A stretch of DNA of 63,797 bases, filler included, from Lenisia limosa (GCA_001655205.1; 4 parts of 4 records of this genome joined end to end with filler, not necessarily neighbours in it), one strand, 5' to 3'; counted from the whole stretch's first letter, positions 38,901 to 52,729 are shown. Notes: generated from the letters alone by a model not told the origin. A program made the numbers and translations.

Positions 38901-41900
38901 NNNNNNNNNNNNNNNNNNNNNNNNNACCATGAGTCAATAGACTAATTTTTTCACACACAACATTCAATGTCACTCCAATCCCCCTTGTACCTGACACCCG
39001 TCATCCAAACGAAGGGTGAGGGCCGCAGCGGACGATTCACAAGAGGTGCAGAAGGGGGTGAAGGTCAGGGCTGGTTGTGGTGAGGGGAAGAGGGAATGAT
39101 AGAATAACTATTTGGTCAATAGATTGAGAACCCGATAATCCAGGAATGGTACCCACATTGTCCGTTGTCCAAGGTCAAGGCCGTGGTCACGGGGCTTCCT
39201 AGGTACGTTACGTCCACCTCGTTTGTAATGGGCGCTGTCACCAACTGAGGGAGGGGTTAGTCTTCATAGGAATAATCAATCATCAGATGTTTCTTCATTT
39301 TCCATCTTGAAGCAACCTCTCCCCCCCTACAGATAGGGACACAACGTCCATGTCCGGGTCCTCAGCATTGATCAAAAGGGAGTAAGAAGATCCTCGTACG
39401 ACCTAAGGAGTGAATGTTCTTGATATTGAGCTACAGTCATATCAAGTATCAAGTGAATCAAAAAGGTGAACCACAAAAATGGATTCCGTTTTAATATATG
39501 AGGACAATCCTGCACCAACCATCATGTTCCCAAGGCTCTCAATGGACCAGGAAGTAACCGCATCAACAGGGGTGGTCACAAACATTCCTCCAATGCTAAA
39601 TGGGGTTATTCATGAGGCCATTGTTTACTGGGCCCTGACGGAATAAATGAGTGTGCGGGTAAGGTTTGATATAATGCCAACGAAAAACAACTAACACCGA
39701 AATACTGTTCCAATACGCGGAAAAACACCCTCCATCAAGGTTTTTGTAAAAAAAGTAGGGCGCCATGCAATTAATTTTAAGCAATTAATTGACAGGAATT
39801 AAAGTGTCTGAAATGGAGGTCTCACTTCAAATTTTGCAATTCATTTTTCAATTAATTGTACGGAGCCCTAAAAACAGGTTTATCAAGTACCTGTCATCAC
39901 CAGAGGTGGGTACAGTGAAAAGATTGCAAAATCCAGTGACATCGAGGACTTCACGTTCATTGAGGACAGTGTCATGGTTGAATGAAAAGTAGGCAGCAAC
40001 AGACTCCAGATCTTCAAACTCACTATGCGGAAATTAATTTTAAAAGAACGATCAAAACCATCATGCAGTTGAACCGTTTGGCAACTCACGCGACCACTCA
40101 CTTTGCAGGGGTTTGTGGGGTGGAGGCAGACATCTGAATTACCAGTTCATCAACAACCATTGCCGAACACGACAGGTAGCCAACCTAAATCACGGATGTA
40201 AGCATAAAGTTGGGATTCTGTTAAAATTATTCACTGAGGTTGAAACGATAATCATATGAAAGGGGTTCCACAATAAATAGTCCACAAACATTGAATGAAA
40301 AAGGATAAGTAGGCACTTCAAGGTTCAGATCCGCTTCCGCTATGTCGATACTCCTGGCAACCTAAAGCATTATTGAGACTTTCCAAAGACCCATTACAGT
40401 ACATATTGTAGGTTCTGCAGCAACAAAAAAACATAAAAACAAAGTTTGATTCACACATGTAATTAATGAAAGTAGTCACCCTTTCACCCTGCCCACTTCA
40501 ACTCCCTCAATGAAAATGGTGGGCTGGCTGTCGAGTCGGTTGTACTGCAGTGTGTAGTGCTTGAGTTGGAGGTTATGCTTAGGGCCGATTACGGACCTTG
40601 GTCCCGTGGCAGTGTACACAATAAACTGAACGTTGTCTGCGTTGACTTCAAATCGCCACAACATATCGTTCGTGAACCTGGATGGTTAATTATCAACATG
40701 AATTGACAGGAAATCATGAAACGTCAGCAAGGCGGACCTGAAGACAGGGCACGGCGAAGTGGCTTCTGTTGGCTTCAAGAAGAATGAGATGGTGAAGGAC
40801 GAGGTCGTTGATAATCCACTCCATGTTTCGGCTACCGTGTGAGAAGGGGCACTTCAAATTCATACCCGTACAGCAACTAATCATCCACCCACATTCAAAG
40901 GGATCCGAAGTGAGGAAAGTGGAACCGATAACGTAAGCCTCTTGGAACTCTCTCTAAACAAATGAACACGCAAATGAGACACCGACAACACCCATAATGA
41001 CGGATATCCCTCAAGACCACCCGCTTTCCACCAAACCTTGAGCAGAATAGGGTCACTGACTTTGCCATCACATGCACCCGGTTCGGGCTCAGGTTCTTCC
41101 CCGCCGCCACCTCCTCCCCCTTCCCCGCTGTACATCTCTCCTAATATCGTTAATAACATTTAATTGTGAAATTAAGAAGTGGAACCCTGAGGTATGGTAG
41201 TACTCTTTTCGAACAATGAAAATTACCCAAAAGCAAAAGAAAAAACAAAATCAAATAAATCCGAAGAAGGGTGTCAACAACATATCATCCACCCCACCCG
41301 GTGTGACAGTTGTTTCGGGCAAGGGCTCTCCAAAAGGCCCTGCCATTCCGTAGGTGCACTTGGAGCACGGGTATACTGCGTTATACACGGGGCTGAAAAC
41401 CCCCATATAGAACTACATAGGATTAGTGTGTCCGACTGTTATGGGGGAAGTTAGTTGCTTTTGAAATGCTGAGCGTGACCCCCCGTACGTTGGTTTCAAC
41501 GTCCTCCTCAAAGTCAAGGAGCACCTTAGCCAAATTTGCGGACAGAACGAAGTTGGTGGTGAGGTTTTTCAACATTCCAAACTCATTTTCATCAGCGGGT
41601 GCCTGGTTAAGAAGCCGGAACTGAGAGGTGAATAGCAAAACAATAATACCTCAGCCCTCAACACCAGTGTCCCCACTCACCCTGTCGATATGGATTTCGC
41701 TGTCGCTGTATCCTGTAACAACCCCTGCATGCCTGCCAATGACCATATCGCATATGTCAGCAAGGTCCATATCAGCTTCCTGAAGGGTTAATCACTTATA
41801 CGACAACATATCATATCATTTGATATGTCAACTAACGATAATCATGTGAGCTCTCCTAATGTACCAGTGTGAAATCCGCTTACCACGCTCATCGCGGTGA

Positions 41901-44900
41901 TATCAGTTTGTTCAACAAATTGACCATCAAAGGAAATGCCAAACACAGTGCCCGTGAGATCATCCGTCGGTTTGACCCACGCTGCAAAGTCAACATTTGG
42001 ATGATTTAGGTGAATGCAGTGATGCAAGAAATTCATGTCTCACCATTAATAGAGTACCACTTGTCACTCGTCAAGGGAATGGCAGTGGTGGTGACATCTT
42101 TATCCATACCACTGTTCCTCACCTGCCCAGATAAAACCAAACAAAATATCCGATATGATATGTATAGATGTAATGTCACTTGTCATAACAACTATTTCGT
42201 CTCAAAATTTAATGGATTAGGATTACAATGTTTATGAAACTTAAAACTGAAATTAGCATTTGGACTTCATTCCATTTGCCTCACTTCAAAAATGGCCTCA
42301 TAGTTAGGCCCGTCCTTCTGAAGGTACAGCATGACGCCGCCATGCTGGATTGAGGGGTCGCCACACTGCCTGCCGAAGAGCAGATGTCTCGAGGCCGTCG
42401 GCACCGTTGGGAACTACCGAGTCAGCAAGTCCGAGGTATCGTAGCTATGCTTAGGGTGTATTGTGGTAACAATAAAGTGATGCGGATCAAATATGCAAAC
42501 TATGAGACAACATTTTTGCTGTACATTACTAAAAGGCATCTGCTTTTAAAACCGTAAGGTAGTAGTAACACTCATTATTATGTCACCCAAGGTCACCTTG
42601 AAGTCCATTTGAATCATGAACGGGTGATAGCCGCTTATAAGACCCCTATCGTCACCAAGAGAAAGGTACTGAAAATGTTAACAGAGAGAGGGGGGGGGGG
42701 NNNNNNNNNNNNNNNNNNNNNNNNNNNNNNNNNNNNNNNNNNNNNNNNNNTAATGGCATGAAGTTTGCGACAACTGTACCCACCCACCGTTGTTGATGGA
42801 ATGACGAGACTCTGTGTACTGTATAGAGCGTCACCCTACAGCGTAAGAAGGAAGCCTCCCAAGAAATCCACCATAACACCTAGAGCCCACAATAAGGTCC
42901 GGCTTGGCATTAGGTGGCTGGTCCTCAAAGCTCGAGCTTAAAGACCCCGTGCCTGGGTTCTCAGAAGTAACAGTTATCATGCCAAAGCAATCAATCGGCG
43001 TGTCACTTGCTTCAACACAAGGAGTGGTATCCAACATAGGTCCAACAAACTCCATAGCGTCTAGAAACTGTTATGAAGACAATAACGTAGGTACAGGTAA
43101 AATAAGCCCTTAACCAGGGAACCGTTACTCTTTAAAGTATGCACAGTACTTATCTATCATATATTACTGTATGCACTACAAAATACAGTATATCATATAA
43201 AAAAAACTGTTTCATAACGATTTTACTTACCTGTAACTCCGATGTCCCATAGATCTAAAACAGTCAGATACCACTCATGAAATGCAAAAAAAAAACCCCG
43301 ATTCGCCCGAAATAAGTAGATTTCCAAATAGTATGCATGGTGCAAATGAGTTTATGCTGTAATCTCAATGGCAAGCTGAACCACAGTGAAATATAAAGCA
43401 ATGAATACCCACTTTTAAAGAACATGGGGTCGGCATAAGGGATGTCGAACATAAGGAACTTAGATCCGAGAGCCCAATGAGGCTCACTGGGATCGACACT
43501 CACAAATAACTGCATGGTTAGTGTTGGACTTGTTTATTAAAGTGCAAAGACAGTAAAAGCAGTTCCCCACTCTCGTGATTTTGAGGGACCCGCGGCCAAA
43601 TCCGGTGCCTGAACCAAGAAGAAGCCGGGAGAATAGAGGGGTATTCAAACTATCCATTGTGCTTAATCGTGAGCGAAGATATAGAATATGAAAAAAAATT
43701 CAGAAACTTAAATTTTTACTCGAAACAAAACCCAACCGACATGTTGTTGGACGTTTGGACTATTTCCCCATTGACAGTGAGGACAAGAATAAGCTAAAAC
43801 GTGAAAACAGTCATGAAGGACGGACAGTTGCCAAAATCGTCTTCTCTTGATTCTCACTTTGGAAGATTTTATGGTCCAGAAAGCTCCGACATGGGTCCAC
43901 AGATTGAGAGTCACCGTTTCGCTGCCACAGACCACGTGTTGAGTCGCGTCCTTGTAGAAGGCAAGGCACATCTTTGAATCCATGTTGACGAAGAACTATA
44001 TGGTCAGAACGGCTCATTAGTCCTGGAAGAACTTCTGAGTATTTATCAACAAGCACTAAAAACCCACCAAATACATAACACTATGATACTTTCGCGATAA
44101 TGAAAGTGAAATCCCATTCTGAATCCACTAACAGTCCAACAGCCTTCAAGGGTGAGGAGGGCCGTGTCGCTGCCGCCGGACCAGGTCTCAACTTTGAACC
44201 AAAAATTGATATTTCGCATTTTTTCTCCAGAACTCATATCTGTGGCGTGATTGTTATGTCAGTAGACCAAGGTAATATTTGAAGAAGATTCACCCAATAC
44301 CCCCGAACAGTTCAGACGCACATCAGTATCACTTTGAGGGGTCACTGACAGACTAAACTTGATGAGAAGGCTGACGGGACTATGGCATAGCTTTTCCCCT
44401 CATAAAACCACTTACACTGTCAAAAAGTCACGGAGCTCAACCTGCATATTTTGGCTGAAATCTGTGGCGCTGATAACTCGCCGCACCGGGGACATGTCCC
44501 TGCTTGGTCACAGAGCAATGTAAAAGAAAAAGCTTACGAGGGATATAAGGCTGGCTTTCCAATGTTAAATGGCTCAATTCCGGAGATAGCTTCGAAAAAG
44601 TTCTGAATTGTCACCTCAAACTGCCTGGACAGTACACTGATAGAATTACGTATCATATAATATGGTATGATACGATTAGTTATCAGTGTCTTCTTGTATT
44701 GATCAAAACACGATCGAAAACCCTTCACAAACCGAAATGTAAGTTGTTGCAACAGCAGGGTTGTCTGCAGGGGGGGTGTATTCAAAATTCAGCCCAGGGA
44801 GACGGTCCCATCCCGACAGTCCGGGAAGGTAGTTAGCCATTGGGATCATGGGCTGAAATGTGACCTCAAAGGCGTAACCGGTTTCCTGTTTGAAAATGAC

Positions 44901-47900
44901 GGGTGTAACCTGTCTTAGCCGAGGGTAAATTGTACACACAGGCCCCTACCCGATGGTCGTAGATGCGAACAGAGTCGATGAGGGCAGCGAACGTCCTGTC
45001 ATCGTTTCCTCCAATGCTCCAGGTTGAACACATCATGGCATCCTCAACCTGTGTAGTCATTAAGGCAAAATACACGTGACAGGATAGACACAGTCGGCAA
45101 AGAGCCCCCCAAAGCAGGAGCATACCGATGCCGCGGGTCCAGGCCCAGAGAACACGTGTTCATCATCAAGCATTAGCTACAAGAATGAATATGATGAAGC
45201 GAGAGAGCATCCATAACACCGCGATAATAAGTTATATATTCAATGACCCCCCCCCCCCNNNNNNNNNNNNNNNNNNNNNNNNNNNNNNNNNNNNNNNNNN
45301 NNNNNNNNNNNNNNNNNNNNNNNNNNTTGTCAAGGAATAACTCACCTGCAAAAGTTGATAAAAAAAAGTAGCAAATACTAAAATAGAGTAAAATGAGAAA
45401 AACTGATAATATACAATATTAGGGGCAAGGAATGAAGGCTAAAACCCATAGCTTACTTGGAGCACAGACTTCTTTTGTTGTTCCATCATAAGTCCTAAAC
45501 TGTAACATGGATTCTGACAATTAAAGCAAGATAACTCCCGGAAGTGCGTTTATGACATCGTGTTAAAACGTACTTGAGACAAAGGCCGCTAGCAGTGTAT
45601 ATGATTGCAATAGACCTGAAGTCAGCACTGTCCATACACCAACGTCCCACAAGAACCGAGTCAGCCTGGAGCTGAAAGTGTCAGAAGACTAGCCCTGAAC
45701 GAATCCTTGATGGCTCTGTATTTAATCAGTTGTTCCTACCATTGCGCTGTCCGGGATAAGAAACGTGACGGAAATGACCATTTCGGAAACGGATGACGGA
45801 ATCATTGCAAATCCAGCGTCAACTGTCAGGAAAGTCTGAACCATTATCACAAGACTCTGCTGCTTTTTTGACAACCATTATCCGTTTCTCCTCAAAATTC
45901 GACAAAATCTTTATTTACAGATAATTATCGAACTGAAGGGAAGGAGCTTACCGGACTGTCGATATTGTTCCAGGCTAGTTGAAGGGGCCGCGGGACGGGG
46001 GATTCATTTAGCGATAAATACGCCCCACCCGCAATGATTATGTCGGCTGCAGAGTAAGTTGTGATGATGTCGGCTGCAGAGTAAGTTGTGATGATGTCGG
46101 CTGCAGGGTAAGTTGTGATGATGTCGGCTGCAGAGTAAGTTGTGATGATGTCGGCGGCTGCAGAGTAAGTTGGATGAGGCAATTAGGACAAGCAATACAG
46201 GTTCAGCTAGTAGCTCAGTTACAAACAGGGCTTCACTTCGGCTCGAAAAAAGATTGAATTTATCGATAAATCCTCGAAAACTATCGATGGTGGGTATTTT
46301 TCTTTTCGAACTGATGTGAAACCCTTGTTACAAAGCTACCAGCATACCGTTGTACTCCATTAACATGTCGTCCTGCATTGGCGGTGTGATGTACTGTCTG
46401 CTGTAGCCAGGATCGGGATTGGTGTCCGTGTTGAAGCCGAACCAGCCACAGATTCTGGGTGAGTTCACGTTCATATCCTTGAGTGTTAGATTGTGGGTGA
46501 TAAGGAATGGAGGAGCAAAGGTACGAACAATTGAGTAAATATCGAGCCATCAAGGATTCGTTCATTCAGCATACTGATGTTGGCGGGTTTAGTTGTGACC
46601 GTCCAATTGACGGGAATGTATCTACAAAGTTCAGAATGCAATGAAGTATGTTGGATTTTTTGCTTCCTCTGGCCGTCGTATTATGCGTTATTCAACTTCT
46701 AAAATCATCGATATTCGAATTTTCAATATTAGATCTCACCTCCATTTTGTATAGCCAAGTTGTCAACAGAGCCCATGAAGGAATTCCAAGTCGGGGCTCC
46801 TCCAATTCTGAAGGGGCAAGCAGAGGCGAGATCGGGGATCATCCCTAGGAGCGTCACAAATGAATTGTCAAATTTTTTGACAATAAAACGGTAAACGGAA
46901 CGTAATTGTTCCCACCCACACACCAGTGAATTCTAGGGACACTTCGAATCCATCTACACTCAGAATATCACCATTAGTGCCTCCCCATGACGCCTCAACC
47001 CATGACCACTGCCCCGAACGGAACGAGATGGGATGGCAGCTCCAATAGTCTGGGTGGTAAAACGAAAGTACTAAAACACTAACCACTACGAGTGCTTACC
47101 TGAACCAGCGTACATGCCGAAGCAGAGCTTTTGGTTGGTGTCGAAGTAGAAGTAATACGGAGCATCAGTGGGGGTGCAGTAGGAACCCAGAATAAAGACG
47201 GGGTTCTCAGGAGACATGAGGTCGTCTTGGTCATAGTCAGGTCGGACCCAAAATGAGATCATTCCTTTGTTGAGATTCTAAACTGTCAGCCTGATCCTGC
47301 CAACTTCAACACTGTGTTATAGATTTGATGTCCCTACAAACCTCTAGGTTAACAAGGGTGGCTGTTGCGTAGGAGATCTGGAAAGTTAAAAGTTACCCCA
47401 AAACTTCATTTATCGGCTGAAAACTTCCATTGCTCACTCCAGCACCATCAAAGGAAAGGACACCGTCTTTTGCACTAGGTGAAGTAGTCACCTGTATGGT
47501 CAGAACTAACAGCAAATTAGGATAACTACTGTCCGATTGTAACATGCACAATGAGATGAACCATCTTACAGTATTGATAAGCGGTATAATAACATTGCTT
47601 GCCAAAGGGTCGTGTTGAGTACGTAGGAGAAGCCCGCCATCTTCGTTAAACTAAAGAGTCAGAGCGGGCGTCACCTTTGGTAAACGAAAACAATTCAAAA
47701 TTGCAACATACGATGGATGGATAAGCCCTTGCATCAAAATGAAAGGCAATTTGTGCGGGATCAATTTGAGGAATACGAGGGTTGTTCATTAAATCCAGGA
47801 CCTGGGAGAAGGTAAGTCACTCTAAAGTTCTTATGTAGCATGCATAATACATATAATGGTGGTGTAAAGCAGCAAGCATGTACCTGAGAAGACATCAGAG

Positions 47901-50485
47901 CAGTTTTGAGGACAATAATGTAATCGGTTCCGATGTCGACAAATGAATTGTGTTCCATATGACTAGAGTCGAATGCCCTCATGAAGCCGTCTGCAGGGAA
48001 GTTCAACTTATGTGAAGGGTCCGACTGAAATAATCAGTGAAGTACCGAGTGCTTCAGTAATAATCTATCAAAACATGTAACAATGCACAACATGAGCCCG
48101 GTCACATAAGCGTCATTGAAGACCGAAACACCATCCAGGTAGAAACTACAATGTGAAGAGTACAAAGTGGAAAGGAATATGTAAATAATTTGGCTTCCTC
48201 TGAGTATGACTATCTGACTGCTCTGGTCACATCCCACTTACAATACGGTCGCTCCATCACCCGTTGCCACAAAGGAATGGGTCTCGCCGTCAAGGTAGGA
48301 GGTGTAGCCCGAAGACATGTCCATTAGCGGCGTTTCCAAGTCTGAAGAGTTGATTTTGGGGGAGAGGGGTGGGGTAAAGGTCGTTTAATGTTTCTTCTGC
48401 CTCCCACTTCCGAGAAGGAGAAATCCGTCGACAACACAGAATCGGAACACATCAGCAATAGTCGGGTGCCCGATGATACAAGTCCGCACGGAAGTAGAGA
48501 ACTAAAGGTTGATTTATTTTCCTCACACCACGTGACAATAAACTGAAAATTTTCACCCCACCTGGGCGGCTACAGTCCAATCACTGAACCCCCATGTCGG
48601 ATGAGGGGCCATGGTAAATTCTTGACGATGCCAAAGGGTTAGGTCGTCCTGAATGGTCACTCTGCAAACTCCTTCATGCCCAACTCCCCTCAAAGACATT
48701 GTACCCACCTTATTGGCAGTGTACCCCGAAGCAGTCACGCTGATAGAAGTTGCTGGCACCGAATCATAAAGAGAGGCTGGTGATGAGTTTAACTCCCCTA
48801 AGACGTCAAATCTGTTACGCACTTTAGAAGTGTCGGTGTCATTTCTCTCAATATTTCAAAAGGTATTTTAGCATATATCTCAACTCAATAGTAGTTCTTA
48901 GTTCAAAACGGTAGCTTTATCCTTATTGAAATGCACGTACCCGCACAAACCAGGGAAATAAATTCGAATAGTGGAAAGGTCCTGGTCATCGAAGGGAATG
49001 TAGGCCTATAAATAATGAAGACTTCCCATCCCGCCTCCCGTTAAAAGTAAAAATAAGAAAAGGGGGGGGAAAGGGGGAGTGGGAGGGATCATCAAGTATA
49101 AAGTATTTATGACTAATTTTGGGCATACCGTGACAAATTTGGGCATTGGTTGGCCGCCAGTATTCACGTTATTTGTAGAGACCTGGTACGCATCGTGGAC
49201 AGACATCATAATGTCGGAATCATCAAAGTTTCCAGCAAAGAACTAAGCCATTATTCGCTGAAGAGCAGAGAGTGTGTTACATTCGTGTTTACAATCATTT
49301 ACGCAGGCTTCAACTCACTTTAACTTCGTCAATGAAGAACTCTGGATGTTCTCCCATTCCCTAAAAGATAAGCTTCTTCTTCCGAAAAACACCTGCAATA
49401 TCAACAACCATCATGACGCCCACCGTAAAGCCGAAGTAGATTCGGTTGCCTTTCGCCGTTTTTGATGGCGGGAGAGCTGGTGTCCCAGAGTACATACCAG
49501 CCTAATATGAGATGATGGACTTGCATAATTAAGGAGTATTAAATATTTCATCATTGTCTGCAATAATTTAGTGATACAATAAAGAGTAAAGAGTACCCCC
49601 CCCCCACATCATGACCATTGATCAAGAGCTGGAGGGAGTTTGGCAGCCTCCAGATGACAGCCGCATGGATCCACTGTCCTGGCTGAACGGAGGTGGCTGG
49701 AGGGAAGGATGGATCAGTCTATCACATGATCACATTCGCATCCAATTCAAGATGATTTTGCTTTTAAAAAAAGAGAATGATGCTCCTGTTCACGAAATAT
49801 ACAACATTAAAACCAACGTTAATCGTACCAACTCACATCCAGCTTGACAGAGTGTGATGAACTCGTTGCTGAAGGCAATCTACAAGGATCACCCATGACT
49901 ACGATTTGCGAAGGGGGGTGAAGGGAAGGATGACGCTTATTTATTGATGATATTTATGTTATTCTTTTGCCTGAGAGGAGGAAAGATAAAGAAGGGAAAA
50001 GGGCGGATAAAGAGCACGTAGTCGGAGAGAATGTCGGGGAAATCCGTCATATCACCAATCACAGACCTCGACGCAAAACTTCTGGCTGGGGTTTGCAATA
50101 TACGTCCTAAATGCAGTACTGGGAGGGGATGTAGCTGGCGGATCCATGTCATTAACGTAACTTAAAAGAAAAAGCCTGTTGGTTACAGGCTCATCGAGAT
50201 AAAACCAGAAGGAAAATCCTAAACCAAGTCATTTAACAAAATTAAGAACGTCCATTCCATTCTTTGATTCAGACAAACCTCCCGAAGAATCCGATTGCTG
50301 GAGTGCGGTCGTGCTTGCCCATAATTGAGTCACAGAAGGGTTAACATAACGAAATCGAGCAGACACTTGGTTGCTAGAGGCTACAAAGAATAAGGCGAAA
50401 GCATGTGCAAACCCTTGAGAGCTTCTGATGTAGATAATAATAATAGTATAATAAAATAAATAACTTTGAGCAAAATGCCGCTCAT
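26914..50485 (-). CDS. Giant cell-surface receptor-like protein: signal peptide, several LamG/concanavalin-like domains, cadherin-like region, filamin/Ig-like repeats, GCC2/GCC3-like Cys repeats and a C-terminal multi-pass membrane domain
   Basis: Start MSGILLKVIYFIILLLLSTSEALK (50485). LamG motifs: GQWIHAAVIW..L.ING, FFIDEVK, GVLSFDG, KGMISFWVRP, FRIGGAPTWNSFMGSVDNL, FAALIDSVRIYD, DFAAWVKP and FTISFFLKP. Cadherin-like LLINAEDPDMD (~39350). Filamin-like: QDAYGN, KDQFDN, KDQYDN, SSDIYGN, SRDSYGN and SEFDIFVSDQFGN...VTVQYLVSQPGNFILLIRSSGVHLEGSPQSI. Cys repeats: CVNCPADYFMEG..CVQCPA and YYRLGDSCKACP. Membrane domain: GWPSELLALFDFLSVFNLNLDYTSPEC, DGSYTMDADSSLQC, YALGFP, YSDRWKRWESMILSRKLAIV and HPFHQDTVNQLEFFTL. 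Confidence 0.85.
27518..27620. repeat. ~34-bp tandem repeat x3 (intronic)
   Basis: aaagctgagttgggatggttgagaaatagtcctg / aaagttgagttgcgatggttgagatatagcccaa / aaagttgagttgcgatggttgagaaatagcccg. Confidence 0.9.
46035..46172 (-). repeat. 27-bp tandem repeat x5, each unit carrying a 3' splice site of the giant receptor gene
   Basis: Plus-strand unit tgatgatgtcggctgcagagtaagttg; the last copy has an extra cgg (30 bp). The minus-strand unit CAACTTACTCTGCAG|CCGACATCATCA encodes TYSAADIIT in frame with the downstream exon IIAGGAYLSLNESP. Confidence 0.92.
46226..46326. mobile_element. ~100-bp hAT-type MITE with a perfect 8-bp target-site duplication
   Basis: gttacaaa|CAGGGCTTCACTTCGGCTCGAAAAAAGA...TCTTTTCGAACTGATGTGAAACCCTT|gttacaaa, with the TSD at 46218-46225 and 46327-46334. 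Confidence 0.9.
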
Positions 50486-50863
50486 AGCTAAGCCTTTACG
50501 GACAGAATAATAGAACGTCCTTGATGTAGATCATGCAAATCAGCTATTTATCGTGCATTTACACTTCCTTTTTAGATTATCTATTTATAACTATGAGCAA
50601 AAAACGGAGAAATCTCCTCTCTCATTCGATTGCGCCGGCGGAGATGCCTTTTAGGGCAGTTTCTCCATCCTCCCTCCTTTCCTTCCCAATGTTGCTATAA
50701 TCAGCATACAGTATATCAGAATTATTTATAGAAAGTAGAAGGAATAAGCAAACCGGAACACTTGATCTATCCTTTTAGTTGTTCGGAGCTGTCCATACAA
50801 GCAATTTTTTTGATATTTCCCCAGTCGTAGTTGTCTGGATTCTAGTTGGTGTATTGTAATAAA
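50486..50863. promoter_or_regulatory. Probable shared bidirectional promoter region (giant receptor / SLD5)
   Basis: Only 378 bp separate two divergent start codons. Inferred from geometry alone; no motif identified. Confidence 0.4.
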
Positions 50864-52552
50864 ATGTCCCAGGCACAGAATCTAATCAGCACTGATCCGG
50901 ACCTTCAAAGTCTGAAGACGTTTATTGATGCAGAGGTTCTGGCTCCTGATGTCCTGGTGTACCAAGAGCACACCGTTTCGAGAGCCCATGAAATCCTTGA
51001 GAAAAAGGTAAGAGCTTTGTTTTGGCTTTTATGTGGTTAGGATTTCGTTATTTAAATAACGTACTGTTTTTCTTTGCCGATACCGGTGCAACACATTCCT
51101 TTGTAACGCTGCAGAACGCAGTACTTGCCCACCCCAGTGTCACCAAAGAGCATCTTCTGATCGAAATGGTAAAGCCTGTAGCCTAATTTCCCGCACTGCT
51201 GTGCCCCTCCAGCAATCCATGCTTGACGTCTTAGATGGAACTCGAGGTCTGTAAGATACGGCATCTCATTGCAGAGTACCACAGGACTCGCCTCCAGAAA
51301 GTGCGTGGAAAGGGGGTGCTCTTCAAATGAGGAACCTTTATTTTCTTTATTAGAAGTTATGCAAAAATAGATTTACCCTTAAACTTTCTTGTTTTTGGAG
51401 GCGCTTTTGGGTGATTTTTGGTGTTCCGGTTTTGCGAAACTCTGGTCTATTTATTCCTAATATTGTTTAATTTGTTGCTGATAGCGACTTAAAGGAAGAC
51501 AAGAGTATTTATTTTTACATAGAACTCTATTGATGAGTTGGAGAAGCGGATGTCTTCGTAACATCTTCTTTTAGTGCTTCTAAATCCCGTGATTGAACTG
51601 TTCTAATGAAAATGACGGTTTCTGTGCAGAATATAGGGCTTCCCCCTGCAATTAATAATCATAGCATTCCAAAGGACAGATGGGCATATTATACAACATA
51701 CCACTTTGGCTAATATCTACTACTATGGTCTTATATATTATATTCTGACATACAATGAGATTTTCTTTAATAGAACGTGTATGTATTAACAGGCGCTCAT
51801 CTTTTTGTTTCCCCTTTTCCCTCACTAATACAGATTGAAAACCATGCAATCTACTTCTTGAGTAACGCTGAGGCTCGCGAACGGTTATCCGAAGCAGAAC
51901 TGACATTTTGTATCAGGTACGACACTCCTCTTTTTAACAAACCAAGACCAATTACAATTACATATACTCCATCGAAACCTTTGTTCTTTTTGGCGTTTTG
52001 TTCACGACCCAGGTACGTGGACATGTTTGAGGAAGCTATGAAGAACGGCGTACTTGGTAGCCTCCCGGATGCACCATCTTTACGATCTTTGGTGCATGTG
52101 GACGAGACAACCGGTCAAGACATGGGTCTGGGGTAAACACTATGACACATATCCCAACGAGCGAGATAATTTCGGTATAATGTGTTGTTGTACTCATTTA
52201 TTTTTCTTAATAAATAATAAGTTCTTCTTTTACTCGCTTATCAAGTAGTTAATCGTCCTGATATGGACAAGTTAGTCCGAGCCAAAACCGCGGAACCTCA
52301 AGATAACCTTTTCATTGGGTGTGTTTCTAAGGCACTAAACTCCTGTCTGACAGGTTGATTCTTTTTTATTCCCCTAAGGTACAAATTATTTCAGTAAATA
52401 TTATCTCAAAAGTTGGAACTTGTTTTGACATTTTGTTTTCAGTGACTTATTGCAGGAATCGACGCTACAATCTCAAGGCTGAAGAGGAGGTAGAGGGCAA
52501 GTACAGCGACATTCTCCCTGCTCTTCAGGAGGAAAAGTTGTTTTTGGTTTGA
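50864..52552 (+). CDS. GINS4: GINS complex subunit Sld5
   Basis: MSQAQNL...LKTFIDAEVLAPDVLVYQEHTV...MELEVCKIRHLIAEYHRTRLQK-IENHAIYFL...RLSEAELTFCIRYVDMFEEAMKNGVLGSLPD...EPQDNLFI...YNLKAEEEVEGKYSDILPALQEEKLFLV*. It matches the Sld5 motifs E..AP.LL, MELERI.Y....Y.R.RL.KIE, LS..E..FA and RY..I..L...G...LI. Confidence 0.88.
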
Positions 52553-52729
52553 CTTCTTGGGAATGGTATTTGTTAATTAGGAATTGTACCTGTTGTATCA
52601 ATAGATTGTATATTAGTCATTTTTCTTGTGTTTTTATCGACCAAAAGGACACAGCACACACACACACACACACGATACTGCTGTATGTAATCACACTTTC
52701 CCATCCTCATCAGATATTCATTAACTAAA

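Noticed and set aside
46035-46172. CRISPR-like array
   Set aside because: The units are contiguous with no unique spacers, there are no cas genes, and the context is a eukaryotic intron/exon junction.
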